DNA of 32,000 nucleotides from Aliivibrio fischeri ES114 (GTDB lineage: Bacteria; Pseudomonadota; Gammaproteobacteria; Enterobacterales; Vibrionaceae): the NCBI RefSeq assembly GCF_000011805.1, contig NC_006840.2; one strand, written 5' to 3'. Below, piece by piece: positions 1 through 9,956 of the stretch; the stretch's first letter is position 1, and every line of letters starts with the position of its first letter. The notes beneath the pieces were generated by a model, which did not search any database, was not told the DNA's origin, and was given only the letters and a program-made list of their open reading frames with translations. The position numbers and the translations under genes were made by a program.

Positions 1-21
1 AAGATCACTTAATATATATAA

Positions 22-59
22 GATCTTTTAAAGAGATCTTTTATTAGATCTATTATATA
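22..59 (+). repeat. DNA-unwinding element: three tandem 13-mers (gatcttttaaaga, gatcttttattag, gatctattatata)
   Basis: The 13-mers start at 22, 35 and 47. Each matches the E. coli oriC 13-mer pattern GATCTnTTnTTTT in position and AT content. Confidence 0.85.
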
Positions 60-72
60 GATCGTCGATCTC

Positions 73-81
73 TGTGGATAA
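73..81 (-). promoter_or_regulatory. DnaA box (TTATCCACA on minus strand), R1-equivalent
   Basis: The plus strand reads tgtggataa, a perfect 9-mer consensus, just right of the 13-mers. Confidence 0.85.
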
Positions 82-178
82 GTGATAAATGATCAATAGG
101 ATCATATACTTTAGATGGATCCAAAGTTGTTATCTTTCTTTGATCTTCGATCGGACAGCTTGAGGACAAAAGAGTTAG

Positions 179-187
179 TTATCCACA
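179..187 (+). promoter_or_regulatory. DnaA box TTATCCACA, R2-equivalent
   Basis: Perfect consensus 9-mer in oriC. Confidence 0.8.
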
Positions 188-213
188 AGGGGGGAGGGCG
201 TTAGATCTTATTC

Positions 214-222
214 AATGGATAA
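214..222 (-). promoter_or_regulatory. Weak DnaA box (TTATCCATT), R3-equivalent
   Basis: The plus strand reads aatggataactataacttgatc, which parallels E. coli tttggataactaccggttgatc. It has two mismatches to the consensus. Confidence 0.55.
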
Positions 223-252
223 CTATAACTTGATCACTGGATCTTTCTATAG

Positions 253-261
253 TTATCCACA
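253..261 (+). promoter_or_regulatory. DnaA box TTATCCACA, R4-equivalent
   Basis: Perfect consensus. The context agttatccacatagtag parallels E. coli R4 agttatccacagtag. Confidence 0.85.
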
Positions 262-312
262 TAGTAGGTATCATCTATTTAATAACTTTTATAGATCGGA
301 CAACACTTTTTA

Positions 313-747
313 TTAACAAATGTGTTGTTTTAGCCACAATTCTGCTGGTTCTTCAGGGATACTATTTTGAGTTACATCTATCTCTAATAGAGGGTACTTT
401 TCGATAGCGCCATGCTCTTTTAAGGTATTTTGAAGTGATTTTCCTGCTGCGCAGAAAGTGTCATAACTTGAATCACCGATAGCAACAACAGCAAATTCAA
501 CGCTCGATAATGGCTGAGTCACGCTTTCTAACTGTTGAATAAATGGTTTAATGTTGTCAGGGTAATCACCAGCACCGTGAGTTGATACAACGAGTAACCA
601 TAAGCTATCAATATCAATATCATCTAAATTTGGTTGATTATGAATATCGGTGGAAAAATCCATTTCTTCTAATAAATCAGCAAGATGGTCACCAACATAC
701 TCAGCACCACCTAGAGTGCTTCCTGTAATAATAGATACTTTTTTCAT
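313..747 (-). CDS. mioC: Flavodoxin-like FMN protein MioC
   Basis: 144 aa. The N-terminal ITGSTLGGAEYVGDHLADLLEE and the STHGAGDYPDN motif match E. coli MioC. It sits next to oriC. Confidence 0.9.
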   Translation of the reverse strand: MKKVSIITGSTLGGAEYVGDHLADLLEEMDFSTDIHNQPNLDDIDIDSLWLLVVSTHGAGDYPDNIKPFIQQLESVTQPLSSVEFAVVAIGDSSYDTFCAAGKSLQNTLKEHGAIEKYPLLEIDVTQNSIPEEPAELWLKQHIC

Positions 748-761
748 GAATTTATCCTATA

Positions 762-794
762 AAAATATAAAAAATGGGCCTACATAGGCCCATT
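762..794 (-). terminator. Rho-independent terminator downstream of mnmE
   Basis: 9-bp stem aatgggcct/aggcccatt (773-781/786-794) with a 4-nt loop. It is followed on the minus strand by a T-run (plus-strand A-run 761-772). Confidence 0.75.
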
Positions 795-816
795 ATTAAT
801 CTTATTAATATTGGTT

Positions 817-2184
817 TTATTTACCAATACAGAATGAAGTAAATATACGTCCAAGTAAATCATCAGAGGTAAATTCACCGGTGATTTCACTTAAATGTTG
901 TTGTGCAATACGAAGTTCTTCTGCAAGGATTTCTCCCGCCATGTAACCTTCTAATTGTTGCTGACCTATATCGAGGTGTTGAGCTGCTTTTTCTAAGGCT
1001 TCTAGATGGCGTCGACGAGCCATAAAGCCACCTTCTTGGTTACCCGAGAAGCCCATGCACTCTTTTAAATGGTTACGCAGTGCATCAACCCCTTCACCTG
1101 TTTTTGCTGATAGGCGAATCAATGTAGGATCATTAACATGGCAAATACCGAGATCTTCACCGGTTTGATCCGCCTTGTTTCTGATCACTGTCATTCCCAT
1201 GTTTTTTGGTAGACGATCAAGGAATTCAGGCCAAATTAATTTAGGGTCTGTTGCGTCTGTTGTTGTTCCATCAACCATAAATAAAACGCGGTCAGCTTGG
1301 GCTATTTCATCCCAAGCTCTTTCAATACCAATACGTTCAACCTCATCAGACGCTTCACGAAGGCCTGCAGTATCAATAATATGCAATGGCATACCATCAA
1401 TATGAATGTGCTCTCTAAGCACGTCACGGGTTGTACCAGCTATGTCGGTAACGATAGCGGTATCTTTACCTGACAATGCGTTAAGAAGGCTAGATTTACC
1501 TGCATTTGGACGACCTGCGATAACAACCTTCATACCTTCACGCATGATGGCACCTTGGTTCGCTTCTTTACGAACCGCATTAAGGTTATCAATGATGCCT
1601 TGTAAATCACCACTGACTTTACCATCAGCAAGAAAATCGATTTCCTCTTCAGGGAAGTCGATTGCTGCTTCAACGTAAATACGTAGATAGATAAGCGATT
1701 CAACTAAGGTATTAATCTTATTTGAGAAAACACCTTGTAATGAATTTAAGGCTGATTTAGCCGCTTCTTCAGAGCTTGCATCAATTAAATCAGCAATCGC
1801 TTCTGCTTGAGCTAAATCCATTTTGTCGTTTAAGAAAGCTCTTTCTGAGAACTCTCCTGGACGTGCTGTACGGATACCATCAATCTTTAGAATGCGTTTG
1901 ATTAGCATATCCATGACGACAGGACCACCATGACCTTGAAGTTCTAATACGTCTTCACCGGTAAATGAATGTGGGTTTGGGAAGTAAAGAGCAATCCCCT
2001 GATCAAGCTCCAATCCATTTTCATCTTTAAATGGCGCATATTCTGCGTAACGAGGTTTTAGTTCTTTACCAATAACAGCAAGCGCAACGTCTTTTGCTTT
2101 TGGACCTGATACGCGAATGATGCCAACGCCGCCTCGGCCTGGTGCTGTTGCTTGTGCAACAATGGTGTCTGTATGTAGTGTCAT
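817..2184 (-). CDS. mnmE: tRNA modification GTPase MnmE (TrmE/ThdF)
   Basis: 455 aa. It has G-domain motifs [12 protein letters not shown] and DTAGLR, the C-terminal CIGK motif, and conserved synteny. Confidence 0.95.
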
Positions 2185-2232
2185 GATTATTCTTTATGTC
2201 TATTGCTTACTGATATTGTATGCTCATTGAAC

Positions 2233-2262
2233 AAAAAAGGCGACCAATGGCCGCCTTTGTTT
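2233..2262 (-). terminator. Terminator downstream of yidC (hairpin also readable on the plus strand)
   Basis: Hairpin aaaggcg...cgccttt, flanked by an A-run upstream and T-rich sequence downstream. Confidence 0.7.
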
Positions 2263-2280
2263 TACTTCAAGAGTGAAAGG

Positions 2281-3906
2281 TTACTTAGAATGTAAGCCTT
2301 TTTTCTCTAGAGCACGGTAAATCAGAGTTTGCTGAATTAACGTTACGATGTTTGATACTAACCAGTAAAGAACTAGGCCAGATGGGAACCATAAGAAGAA
2401 TACAGTGAACATAACAGGCATGAACGTCATGATCTTCTGTTGCATTGGATCCGTTACTGTTGTTGGGCTCATCTTCTGGATTAAGAACATACTTGCACCC
2501 ATTAATAATGGCAGGATGTAGTATGGGTCTTGTGCTGATAAATCCGTGATCCAACCAAAGAATGGAGTATGACGAAGTTCAACAGATTCCATTAATGCCC
2601 AGTACAGTGAAATGAAGATTGGCATTTGAAGAAGAATTGGTAAACAACCACCTAGTGGGTTTACTTTTTCTTTCTTGTAAAGCTCCATCATTTCTTGGCT
2701 CATACGCTGACGGTCATCGCCAATACGTTCACGCATCGCTGTCAACTTAGGTTGAAGCATACGCATTTTAGCCATTGATGTGTACTGTGCTTTCGTTAGT
2801 GGGTACATTGCACCACGAACGATGAAAGTAAGAACAATGATTGCTAGACCCCAGTTCACAACGATGCCTTGGATGAAAGACAATAGTTTATGAAGTGGTG
2901 AAGCGATAAACCATAACCAACCGTAATCAACAGTTAGGTCTAGGTAAGGTGCTGTAGCAGCCATTTCTTTCTGAAGTTTTGGACCTGTCCAAAGTGTTGC
3001 AGAAAGTGTTGCTTCTTGACCTGCTGGAATAGTTACAGAAGGCATACGAACACCAATGTAACCATAGTCACCTGCTACGCGAGATGTCAGTTTTGCATCA
3101 TTTACGTTGCGAGGAATCCAAGCTGAAGCGAAGTAGTGTTGTAGCATACCCGCCCAACCTTGACCGTTTGTCATGTCGATAGATAAGTTTTTATCTTCCA
3201 TGTCGTCAAAGCTGTATTTTTTATAGCGTGTATCTTCTGTTGAATAAGCTGCACCACGGTATGTTGGCATAGTAAGACTACCGCCATCATCCATTAAGTT
3301 TTGCTTTAGGTTTGTGTACATTTCAACAGTTGCTGGTGCTGAAGATTGGTTATCAACCGTGTAATCAACATCAATAGCGTAGCTGTCGCGTTTAAGGATT
3401 AGTGTTTTAGTATAAGTAATACCGTCTTTCACTAATGTTAAAGGAACACGTAATTCGTTTTGGCCTTCAGCTAAAACGTAATCTGTTTTTTGTGCTGTAA
3501 ATTGAGCACGACCAGAGTTTGAATCGATACCTTGAGGACCGATTAGACCACTTTGAGCAACGTAGCTGTGTGTTGCGTCGTTCTTAAGAAGAACAAATTT
3601 AGCTTTAGAGCCTAGTTCTGCGTCGTATTTATTAAGAACAGATTCAATGATGTCACCACCCAATGTATCTACTTTTAAAGTAAGCACATCAGTTGTGATT
3701 GTGATCAGCTTGTCAGACTGTGCTGAATCGGCTGGTGTATCACTGTTTGCTGTTGAAGAAGTTGGAACATCACCATCCGTTTGTGTTTGTTGAACGGTAC
3801 TAACTGTAGCTGGTTGCTGCGGATTAGTTTCTACTTGCCATTGTTGGAAAAGTAAAAAAGAAACTAAAGCCAGTGCGAGCAACAGAATATTACGTTGGGT
3901 ATCCAT
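2281..3906 (-). CDS. yidC: Membrane protein insertase YidC
   Basis: 541 aa. The N-terminal [23 protein letters not shown] and the C-terminal multi-TM region with PLGGCLP and LYW motifs match E. coli YidC. Confidence 0.95.
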   Translation of the reverse strand: MDTQRNILLLALALVSFLLFQQWQVETNPQQPATVSTVQQTQTDGDVPTSSTANSDTPADSAQSDKLITITTDVLTLKVDTLGGDIIESVLNKYDAELGSKAKFVLLKNDATHSYVAQSGLIGPQGIDSNSGRAQFTAQKTDYVLAEGQNELRVPLTLVKDGITYTKTLILKRDSYAIDVDYTVDNQSSAPATVEMYTNLKQNLMDDGGSLTMPTYRGAAYSTEDTRYKKYSFDDMEDKNLSIDMTNGQGWAGMLQHYFASAWIPRNVNDAKLTSRVAGDYGYIGVRMPSVTIPAGQEATLSATLWTGPKLQKEMAATAPYLDLTVDYGWLWFIASPLHKLLSFIQGIVVNWGLAIIVLTFIVRGAMYPLTKAQYTSMAKMRMLQPKLTAMRERIGDDRQRMSQEMMELYKKEKVNPLGGCLPILLQMPIFISLYWALMESVELRHTPFFGWITDLSAQDPYYILPLLMGASMFLIQKMSPTTVTDPMQQKIMTFMPVMFTVFFLWFPSGLVLYWLVSNIVTLIQQTLIYRALEKKGLHSK

Positions 3907-3908
3907 CG

Positions 3909-4166
3909 TTATTGTTCTCTGTCTTTATGCTGCTTGGGTGGGACGGGGTCATAGCCCCCATCATTCAAAGGATGACATTTTAATAGACGTTTGCCAGATA
4001 GCCAACACCCTTTTACTAAACCGTGTGACTTTAGTGCTTCAATTGCATAATGTGAACACGTTGGAGTAAATCGACAGCGAGGTCCAATCATTGGACTGAT
4101 GACGAGTTGATAAAAACGGATAAGACCGATTGCTATCCACGAGAAGGGCGAGACAGGCGATGCCAT
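3909..4166 (-). CDS. yidD: Membrane protein insertion efficiency factor YidD
   Basis: 85 aa, with [29 protein letters not shown] and KCHPL motifs as in E. coli YidD. It overlaps the rnpA 3' end. Confidence 0.85.
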   Translation of the reverse strand: MASPVSPFSWIAIGLIRFYQLVISPMIGPRCRFTPTCSHYAIEALKSHGLVKGCWLSGKRLLKCHPLNDGGYDPVPPKQHKDREQ

Positions 4167-4489
4167 AATTTGTCTAATAGCTTGTTGAAGTCTTCGTTAC
4201 TCAATTCTTGAGCACTCTTTTTAGCGATAACTACAAAGTCTTTCGCAGGTAAGGAATGTTGCTTATTGCGGAAACTTTCACGAACGATACGTTTGAACTT
4301 GTTGCGACCAACAGCAGTTTTAATTTGCTTCTTAGGAACAGCGAGACCTAAACGAGGGTGTGAAAGAGAGTTTTCTCTAGCAAGAATGGTGAAATGAGGC
4401 GAGCCAGCTCGATGAGCTTGCTTGAAGACAAATTTGTAATCTTCGGGAGTTAACAAGCGTAACTCCCGAGAGAAATCGTAATTCATCAA
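4133..4489 (-). CDS. rnpA: Ribonuclease P protein component
   Basis: 118 aa, basic, with the RELRLLTP motif. It lies immediately downstream of rpmH. Confidence 0.9.
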   Translation of the reverse strand: MMNYDFSRELRLLTPEDYKFVFKQAHRAGSPHFTILARENSLSHPRLGLAVPKKQIKTAVGRNKFKRIVRESFRNKQHSLPAKDFVVIAKKSAQELSNEDFNKLLDKLWHRLSRPSRG

Positions 4490-4501
4490 AATAATCTAGG
4501 A

Positions 4502-4636
4502 TTACTTAGATAGACGCTTACGGCCTTTAGCACGACGAGCGTTAATTACGTTACGACCGTTCTTAGTAGCCATACGTGCACGGAAACCGTGAGAGCGTTT
4601 ACGCTTAAGAACTGAAGGTTGGAAAGTGCGTTTCAT
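4502..4636 (-). CDS. rpmH: 50S ribosomal protein L34
   Basis: Not in the ORF track because it is shorter than 60 aa. The reverse-complement translation is [44 protein letters not shown] (44 aa), a near-canonical L34. Confidence 0.95.
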   Translation of the reverse strand: MKRTFQPSVLKRKRSHGFRARMATKNGRNVINARRAKGRKRLSK

Positions 4637-4727
4637 TGGTATTACCTTATTACTGATCAGTAGTTATTAGGTTTAATTAAACCCGGCGTGGGACGTACAT
4701 TCCGACGCCTCTCAACAAAGAGGCGGA

Positions 4728-4756
4728 ATTGTAATCATTGACTCATAAATAGTCAA
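4728..4756 (-). promoter_or_regulatory. Sigma-70 promoter for rpmH-rnpA (TTGACT-N17-TACAAT)
   Basis: The minus strand reads ttgact atttatgagtcaatgat tacaat, with -35 at 4751-4756 and -10 at 4728-4733. It lies about 90 nt upstream of the rpmH ATG. Confidence 0.65.
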
Positions 4757-4821
4757 CAAGAGGTTCCACGTATTTTCCGGATGGTGAATTATACGTTTTG
4801 TGAGCCAGAGCGCAAGGATCT

Positions 4822-5559
4822 TTATTCGATCCCAACTTGATTTAAGAATTTCTGCAATTTAGGATCCTGTGGATAACCAAAAATTTGCTCTGGCGTTCCT
4901 TGTTCGACGATCTTTCCATCAGACATATAGATGACACGATCGGCCACTTCTCTTGCAAATTGCATCTCATGAGTGACCACTAGCATCGTTTGGTGCTGTG
5001 TAGCCAGTTTTTTCATTAAAGTTAGCACCTCATTAACCCATTCAGGATCCAGTGCTGACGTGGGCTCATCAAATAATAGTAGTTCAGCTTCTAATGCCAT
5101 AGCTCGGCCAATACCAACTCGTTGTTGTTGACCTCCAGATAAAGCAGCAGGGTAATTATCTCCTTTATCACCGAGTCCTATATCATCTAAAATTTGCTGT
5201 GCTTTTTTTAGAGCGTCGTCCTTTTTCCACTTGTGGACAGTTATTAGGCCTTCTGCAATATTCTGACGAGCAGTTAAATGTGCAAAAAGAGCGTAATTCT
5301 GGAAAATAAACCCTGTTTTTCTTCGCAAAGCCAACACATCACTTTTTGTGTGTTGTTCACTATCGACACTGACATCACCGATACTGATCACGCCTTTATT
5401 TGCTGTTTCAAGAAAATTAATACAACGAAGCAGAGTGGATTTACCTGTTCCACTAGAACCGATAACAGCAATGATCTCTCCTTTGTTTATTTCAAGATCG
5501 ATTCCTGCAAGAACTTGAGTGTCGCCAAAGCTCTTATGTAAGTTTTTAACTTTTATCAT
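4822..5559 (-). CDS. Polar amino-acid ABC transporter, ATP-binding protein
   Basis: 245 aa, with Walker A GSSGTGKST, signature LSGGQQQRV and Walker B LLLFDEPTSALD. It belongs to the GlnQ/HisP/TcyN-like family. Confidence 0.9.
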   Translation of the reverse strand: MIKVKNLHKSFGDTQVLAGIDLEINKGEIIAVIGSSGTGKSTLLRCINFLETANKGVISIGDVSVDSEQHTKSDVLALRRKTGFIFQNYALFAHLTARQNIAEGLITVHKWKKDDALKKAQQILDDIGLGDKGDNYPAALSGGQQQRVGIGRAMALEAELLLFDEPTSALDPEWVNEVLTLMKKLATQHQTMLVVTHEMQFAREVADRVIYMSDGKIVEQGTPEQIFGYPQDPKLQKFLNQVGIE

Positions 5560-6227
5560 CGTACATACGCCTTATTTAGTTTTTCTTCGGCCCAAATCTG
5601 TACTCGAGTCAGAATAACGACGACTCCCCAATAAATAAGTGCTACCGCAAGGAAAGCTTCAAAGAACTTAAAGCTAGATGAGGCTTCCATTTGTGCTTTT
5701 GCCATGATTTCTGCAACACCTAAAGTAAAAGCTAGAGAGGTAGATTTGATCATATCAATGAAGTAATTCATTAAAGAAGGCAGAGCGACGCGAGTTGCTT
5801 GAGGTAAAATTATGCGTCGCATTGCTTGAGATGTTGTCATCCCAATAGAAAGACTGGCTTCCATTTGGCTACGGTCAATACCAATAATAGCCGCACGAAT
5901 GCTCTCAGCCATGTAGGCTGCAAAATGAAGAGTAAGGCCTATAACTGCGGCACTAAATGCATCTAATCCTACAAAGATAGGAAAGACTTGAGGAAGTCCG
6001 TAATAAAGGAGGAAAAGCTGCACTAATAATGGCGTTCCTCGAAAGAAGCTAATATAGAGTTGGCTTAGTTGATCAAATACAGGCACTTTAAATACTCGTA
6101 AGTTAGCGAGTACTAACGCAAGGGCTAAGGAAAAGAGTAATCCCCATAACGCCATTTCCATTGTGGTACCTAAATATTTAAATAATATAGGTAACAACTC
6201 AATCATGTAGGTAAAATCAAATCCCAT
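5556..6227 (-). CDS. Polar amino-acid ABC transporter, permease
   Basis: 223 aa, multi-TM, with an EAA-loop-like EASLSIGMTTSQAMRRIILPQA. It shows a 4-bp start/stop overlap with the ATPase gene. Confidence 0.85.
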   Translation of the reverse strand: MGFDFTYMIELLPILFKYLGTTMEMALWGLLFSLALALVLANLRVFKVPVFDQLSQLYISFFRGTPLLVQLFLLYYGLPQVFPIFVGLDAFSAAVIGLTLHFAAYMAESIRAAIIGIDRSQMEASLSIGMTTSQAMRRIILPQATRVALPSLMNYFIDMIKSTSLAFTLGVAEIMAKAQMEASSSFKFFEAFLAVALIYWGVVVILTRVQIWAEEKLNKAYVR

Positions 6228-6351
6228 AATGCTCTCTGTAATTATTTTTAGAAGTAAAGTGGGTAATTCAAAGAAAGATGAAACCCACTAGTAATATAGT
6301 GGGCTTATTTGATGAATGGTGAGTAATCGCTTACTTTGCGATCAGATTAGC

Positions 6352-7104
6352 TTATTGAGTGATGTCTGAATCGAACCATTTCTGAGAGATTTTTGCTAAT
6401 GTACCATCCTCTCTCATGGCGTTTAATGCTTGATTCACTTCTTTTTGTAGCTTTTGGCCTTTTTCATTGTTTACAAATGGCCATGCATTCTCAATGGTTT
6501 CAAATGGTTTACCAGCTAGTTGCAAAGGAAGACCAGATTTCTTGATTAATTGAGCTGCAGAAAGTCGATCCATCACAAAAGCGTCTGCACGTCCTAAAGC
6601 AACATCATGCTCAATACCTGTATCGTATGTTTTGATATTGATTTGCTCTGATTTGTCGTGATCACGCAGTAATTTCTCAAAGTTTGAACCTAAATTAACG
6701 GCAACGGTTTTACCATTTAAATCATCAATGCTTTTGATGCTGTCATTGCCTTTACGCACCGTAATTTGCGCACCATCTACGACATAAGGGTCAGCAAATA
6801 GATACTTTGCTTCACGTTCTTTGGTTTTGGTAATTTGATTTGAAATCGTATCAATTCGCCCCGTTTCTAATAAGCCGAAAAGACCTGAAAAGCTAGCAGT
6901 TACGTACTCAACGTTATAATCGTTGCGGCGACCAATCTCATCCCATAAATCGACTTCAAATCCTTGCAGTTTATCTTGCTTAACAAAGGTAAATGGAAAA
7001 TAGCGTCCTGACATCCCCACTTTTACTTCTGTTGCTGCTTGTGCAAATTGAGTGGTTGCTAATGTTAGTGCTAATCCTGCGAGGATATTCTTCGTCCATT
7101 TCAT
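6352..7104 (-). CDS. Periplasmic amino-acid-binding protein (family 3 SBP)
   Basis: 250 aa, with signal peptide ...TQFAQA/ATE. It shows FliY/TcyJ-like similarity (GFEVDLW, RIDTISNQIT, GTLAKISQKWF). The substrate is not assignable from sequence. Confidence 0.85.
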   Translation of the reverse strand: MKWTKNILAGLALTLATTQFAQAATEVKVGMSGRYFPFTFVKQDKLQGFEVDLWDEIGRRNDYNVEYVTASFSGLFGLLETGRIDTISNQITKTKEREAKYLFADPYVVDGAQITVRKGNDSIKSIDDLNGKTVAVNLGSNFEKLLRDHDKSEQINIKTYDTGIEHDVALGRADAFVMDRLSAAQLIKKSGLPLQLAGKPFETIENAWPFVNNEKGQKLQKEVNQALNAMREDGTLAKISQKWFDSDITQ

Positions 7105-7263
7105 GATTGATACTCCTATTATTCATTCAGTATTAGGATGATACTTTTTTTGCGACTGAGCTCTAAATACCCGATGGTTATGTGTAATAACTAAATCATT
7201 AAATTATGATCATTTTTTCCGCATTGTTGATGGTTTTGGGTATAAGTCAGGTAAAAAGTGTGT

Positions 7264-7326
7264 TGATCTAGGTAAAAAAGCGTGATCAGTGTGAATAACT
7301 TCGATCTTATTCACTGGATCATCGAT
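7264..7326. promoter_or_regulatory. GATC cluster in the dnaA promoter region (probable SeqA sequestration target)
   Basis: Five GATC sites within 63 bp (at 7264, 7283, 7302, 7316, 7323), as at the E. coli dnaA promoter. Confidence 0.6.
7289..7297 (-). promoter_or_regulatory. DnaA box (TTATTCACA on minus strand)
   Basis: The plus strand reads tgtgaataa, which fits TTATNCACA. It lies upstream of dnaA. Confidence 0.6.
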
Positions 7327-7344
7327 CTAACACTGGCACTATAG

Positions 7345-7353
7345 TTATCCACA
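7345..7353 (+). promoter_or_regulatory. DnaA box TTATCCACA (dnaA autoregulation)
   Basis: Perfect consensus 48 bp upstream of the proposed dnaA start. Confidence 0.75.
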
Positions 7354-7400
7354 GTATAAAATTAACGACCTTTTGAAATTAATTATGAGTGGGGTTGTCC

Positions 7401-8810
7401 GTGTCTTCATCGCTTTGGCTTCAGTGTTTACAGCGCCTTCAAGAAGAATTACCTTCCGCAGAATTCAGTATGTGGGTTAGACCACTACAAGCAGAATTAA
7501 ATGACAATACCCTAACGCTATTTGCACCGAATCGATTTGTACTCGATTGGGTACGTGATAAGTACTTAAATAGCATTAACTCATTATTAAATGAGTTCTG
7601 TGGTAATGATATTCCTACCTTACGTTTTGAGGTGGGGAGTAAACCTGTATCTGCTCCTGCTGTACCAAAGCAGACTGCTGCTGATGTTGCTGCGGCAACT
7701 TCGGCTCCAGCGCAGCTTCAAGCGCGTCAATCTGTCCATAAACCTTGGGAATCTGAGGGTGCAGGCCCTGTTGCTGCGGATCTAAACCATCGCTCAAACG
7801 TCAACCCTAAGCATAAATTTACTAACTTTGTTGAAGGTAAATCGAACCAACTTGGTTTGGCGGCTGCACGTCAGGTTTCTGATAACCCTGGTACAGCTTA
7901 TAACCCTCTCTTTTTATATGGTGGAACGGGTTTAGGTAAAACGCACTTATTGCACGCAGTCGGTAATGCTATTGTTGATAGTAAGCCGGATGCTCGAGTG
8001 GTTTATATGCACTCTGAGCGTTTTGTTCAAGATATGGTTAAAGCATTGCAAAATAATGCGATTGAAGAATTCAAACGTTATTACCGTAGTGTTGATGCTT
8101 TGCTTATCGATGATATTCAATTCTTCGCAAATAAAGAGCGTTCTCAAGAAGAGTTTTTTCATACCTTTAATGCGTTGCTTGAAGGTAATCAACAAATCAT
8201 TCTTACGTCAGATAGATACCCTAAAGAAATTAATGGGGTTGAAGATCGTCTTAAGTCTCGTTTTGGTTGGGGTCTTACAGTTGCGATTGAACCGCCAGAA
8301 TTAGAAACCCGCGTTGCTATCTTGATGAAGAAAGCAGAAGATCACCAAATTCATTTAGCGGATGAAGTTGCCTTCTTTATTGCTAAGCGCTTACGTTCAA
8401 ATGTACGTGAATTAGAAGGGGCATTAAATCGTGTTATTGCGAATGCCAATTTTACTGGTCGTGCAATTACGATTGATTTTGTACGTGAAGCATTACGTGA
8501 TTTATTAGCGTTACAAGAAAAGCTAGTTACGATTGATAATATTCAAAAAACTGTTGCTGAGTACTATAAGATCAAAATGGCGGATTTATTATCTAAACGT
8601 CGTTCTCGTTCTGTTGCTCGTCCACGTCAACTTGCAATGGCGCTGTCAAAAGAGTTAACTAACCACAGCTTACCTGAGATTGGTGATGCGTTTGGTGGTC
8701 GTGACCATACGACGGTGTTACATGCTTGCCGTAAGATTGCGCAACTTCGCGAAGAAAGTCATGATATTAAAGAAGATTATTCTAATTTAATTCGTACATT
8801 GTCATCGTAA
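7401..8810 (+). CDS. dnaA: Chromosomal replication initiator DnaA
   Basis: Walker [12 protein letters not shown], with AAA+ and C-terminal HTH regions. The ORF track starts at 7389, but alignment to E. coli and V. cholerae DnaA (M-S-x-SLWxQCL) favours the GTG at 7401. Confidence 0.95.
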
Positions 8811-8842
8811 GCCATAACCTACTTTATATATAGACGAGTATT

Positions 8843-9943
8843 ATGAAATTTTCTATTGAACGCAGTCTGTTACTAAAACCACTGCAACAAGTATCTGGTG
8901 CCCTTGGTGGCCGTCCATCACTGCCTATTTTAGGAAATATCTTACTTCAGGTTGAAAATGGTCAGTTGTCGATGACAGCAACCGATCTGGAAGTTGAGTT
9001 AATCAGCAAAATTACTCTAGAAGGCGATTTTGAAGCAGGTGCAGTTACTGTTCCTTCTCGTAAGTTTTTAGATATTTGTCGTGGTTTGCCTGATAGTGCG
9101 AACATTACCATTGTATTAGAAGGTGATCGTGTTTTAGTTCGTTCAGGACGTAGCCGATTCACTCTTGCTACATTACCTGCAAATGATTTTCCAAACATCG
9201 AAGGTTGGGAGAGTGAAGTTGAAATTACACTTTCTCAAGCACAACTGCGCAAGTTAATTGAAAGTACTCAATTCTCTATGGCTAACCAAGATGTTCGCTA
9301 TTACCTAAATGGTATGATGTTTGAAACTCAAGGTAATATTTTCCGTTCGGTTGCAACAGATGGTCACCGAATGGCGGTATGTAATATGCCGGTTGAATCT
9401 GAATTACCAGAGCAACAAGTGATCATGCCACGCAAAGGTATTCAAGAGCTAGTTCGCTTACTTGACTCACCCGAACAGAGTGTTACTTTACAGTTTGGTA
9501 ATTCAAATGTGCGTGCAGAAGTGAATAACTTTGTCTTCACTTCTAAGCTTGTTGATGGTCGTTTCCCTGATTATCGACGCGTAATGCCACAAAGTAGTAA
9601 TAAAACGCTTGAAGCGGATTGTGATGAACTGCGTCAAGCATTTGCGCGTGCAGCGATTTTATCAAATGAAAAGTTCCGTGGTGTTCGTGTTAATTTAGCA
9701 AATAACCAAATGCGTATTACAGCGAATAACCCTGAACAAGAAGAAGCGGAAGAGATCCTAGATGTGGATTTCCAAGGCGATGATATCGAAATTGGCTTTA
9801 ACGTAAGCTATGTATTAGATGTTCTGAATACTCTAAAATGTGAGCGTGTGCGAATTTCAATGACAACAGCTAATGCCAGTGCGTTAGTGGAAGATTGTGC
9901 TAATGATGAAGCACAATACGTTGTTATGCCAATCCGTCTGTAG
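8843..9943 (+). CDS. dnaN: DNA polymerase III beta sliding clamp
   Basis: 366 aa. MKFSIERSLLLKPLQQVSG... and the C-terminal MPIRL match gammaproteobacterial DnaN. Confidence 0.95.
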   Translation: MKFSIERSLLLKPLQQVSGALGGRPSLPILGNILLQVENGQLSMTATDLEVELISKITLEGDFEAGAVTVPSRKFLDICRGLPDSANITIVLEGDRVLVRSGRSRFTLATLPANDFPNIEGWESEVEITLSQAQLRKLIESTQFSMANQDVRYYLNGMMFETQGNIFRSVATDGHRMAVCNMPVESELPEQQVIMPRKGIQELVRLLDSPEQSVTLQFGNSNVRAEVNNFVFTSKLVDGRFPDYRRVMPQSSNKTLEADCDELRQAFARAAILSNEKFRGVRVNLANNQMRITANNPEQEEAEEILDVDFQGDDIEIGFNVSYVLDVLNTLKCERVRISMTTANASALVEDCANDEAQYVVMPIRL

Positions 9944-9956
9944 ATTTTAACCGTCG

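Larger units (their letters stand above)
1..312. other. oriC: Chromosomal replication origin (oriC), E. coli-type layout
   Basis: Non-coding region with 15 GATC sites in 312 bp (about 1 expected). Three tandem GATCT-initiated AT-rich 13-mers are followed by TTATCCACA-type DnaA boxes in the same order as E. coli R1/R2/R3/R4. It abuts mioC as in enterobacterial and Vibrio chr1 origins. The left edge may be cut by the window start. Confidence 0.9.

Noticed and set aside
1175-1678. Plus-strand ORFs of 76 and 90 aa inside mnmE
   Set aside because: They are antisense to a confidently identified gene. They are Ser/Arg/Ala-rich low-complexity translations typical of the reverse frame, with no RBS.
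2285-2554. 89-aa minus-strand ORF overlapping the yidC 3' end
   Set aside because: It is an alternative frame of yidC on the same strand, with no independent signals.
5278-5541. 87-aa plus-strand ORF antisense to the ABC ATPase
   Set aside because: It lies wholly inside a conserved CDS on the opposite strand and has no RBS.
7389-7400. Upstream GTG start for dnaA given by the ORF track
   Set aside because: Homologues begin M-S-x-S-L-W. The extra MGLS residues are not supported, so the GTG at 7401 is preferred. The TTG at 7395 cannot be fully excluded.
7591-8304. Four ORFs (60-112 aa) within or antisense to dnaA
   Set aside because: They overlap the DnaA linker and AAA+ region. Their Leu/Gln-rich repetitive translations are frame artefacts.
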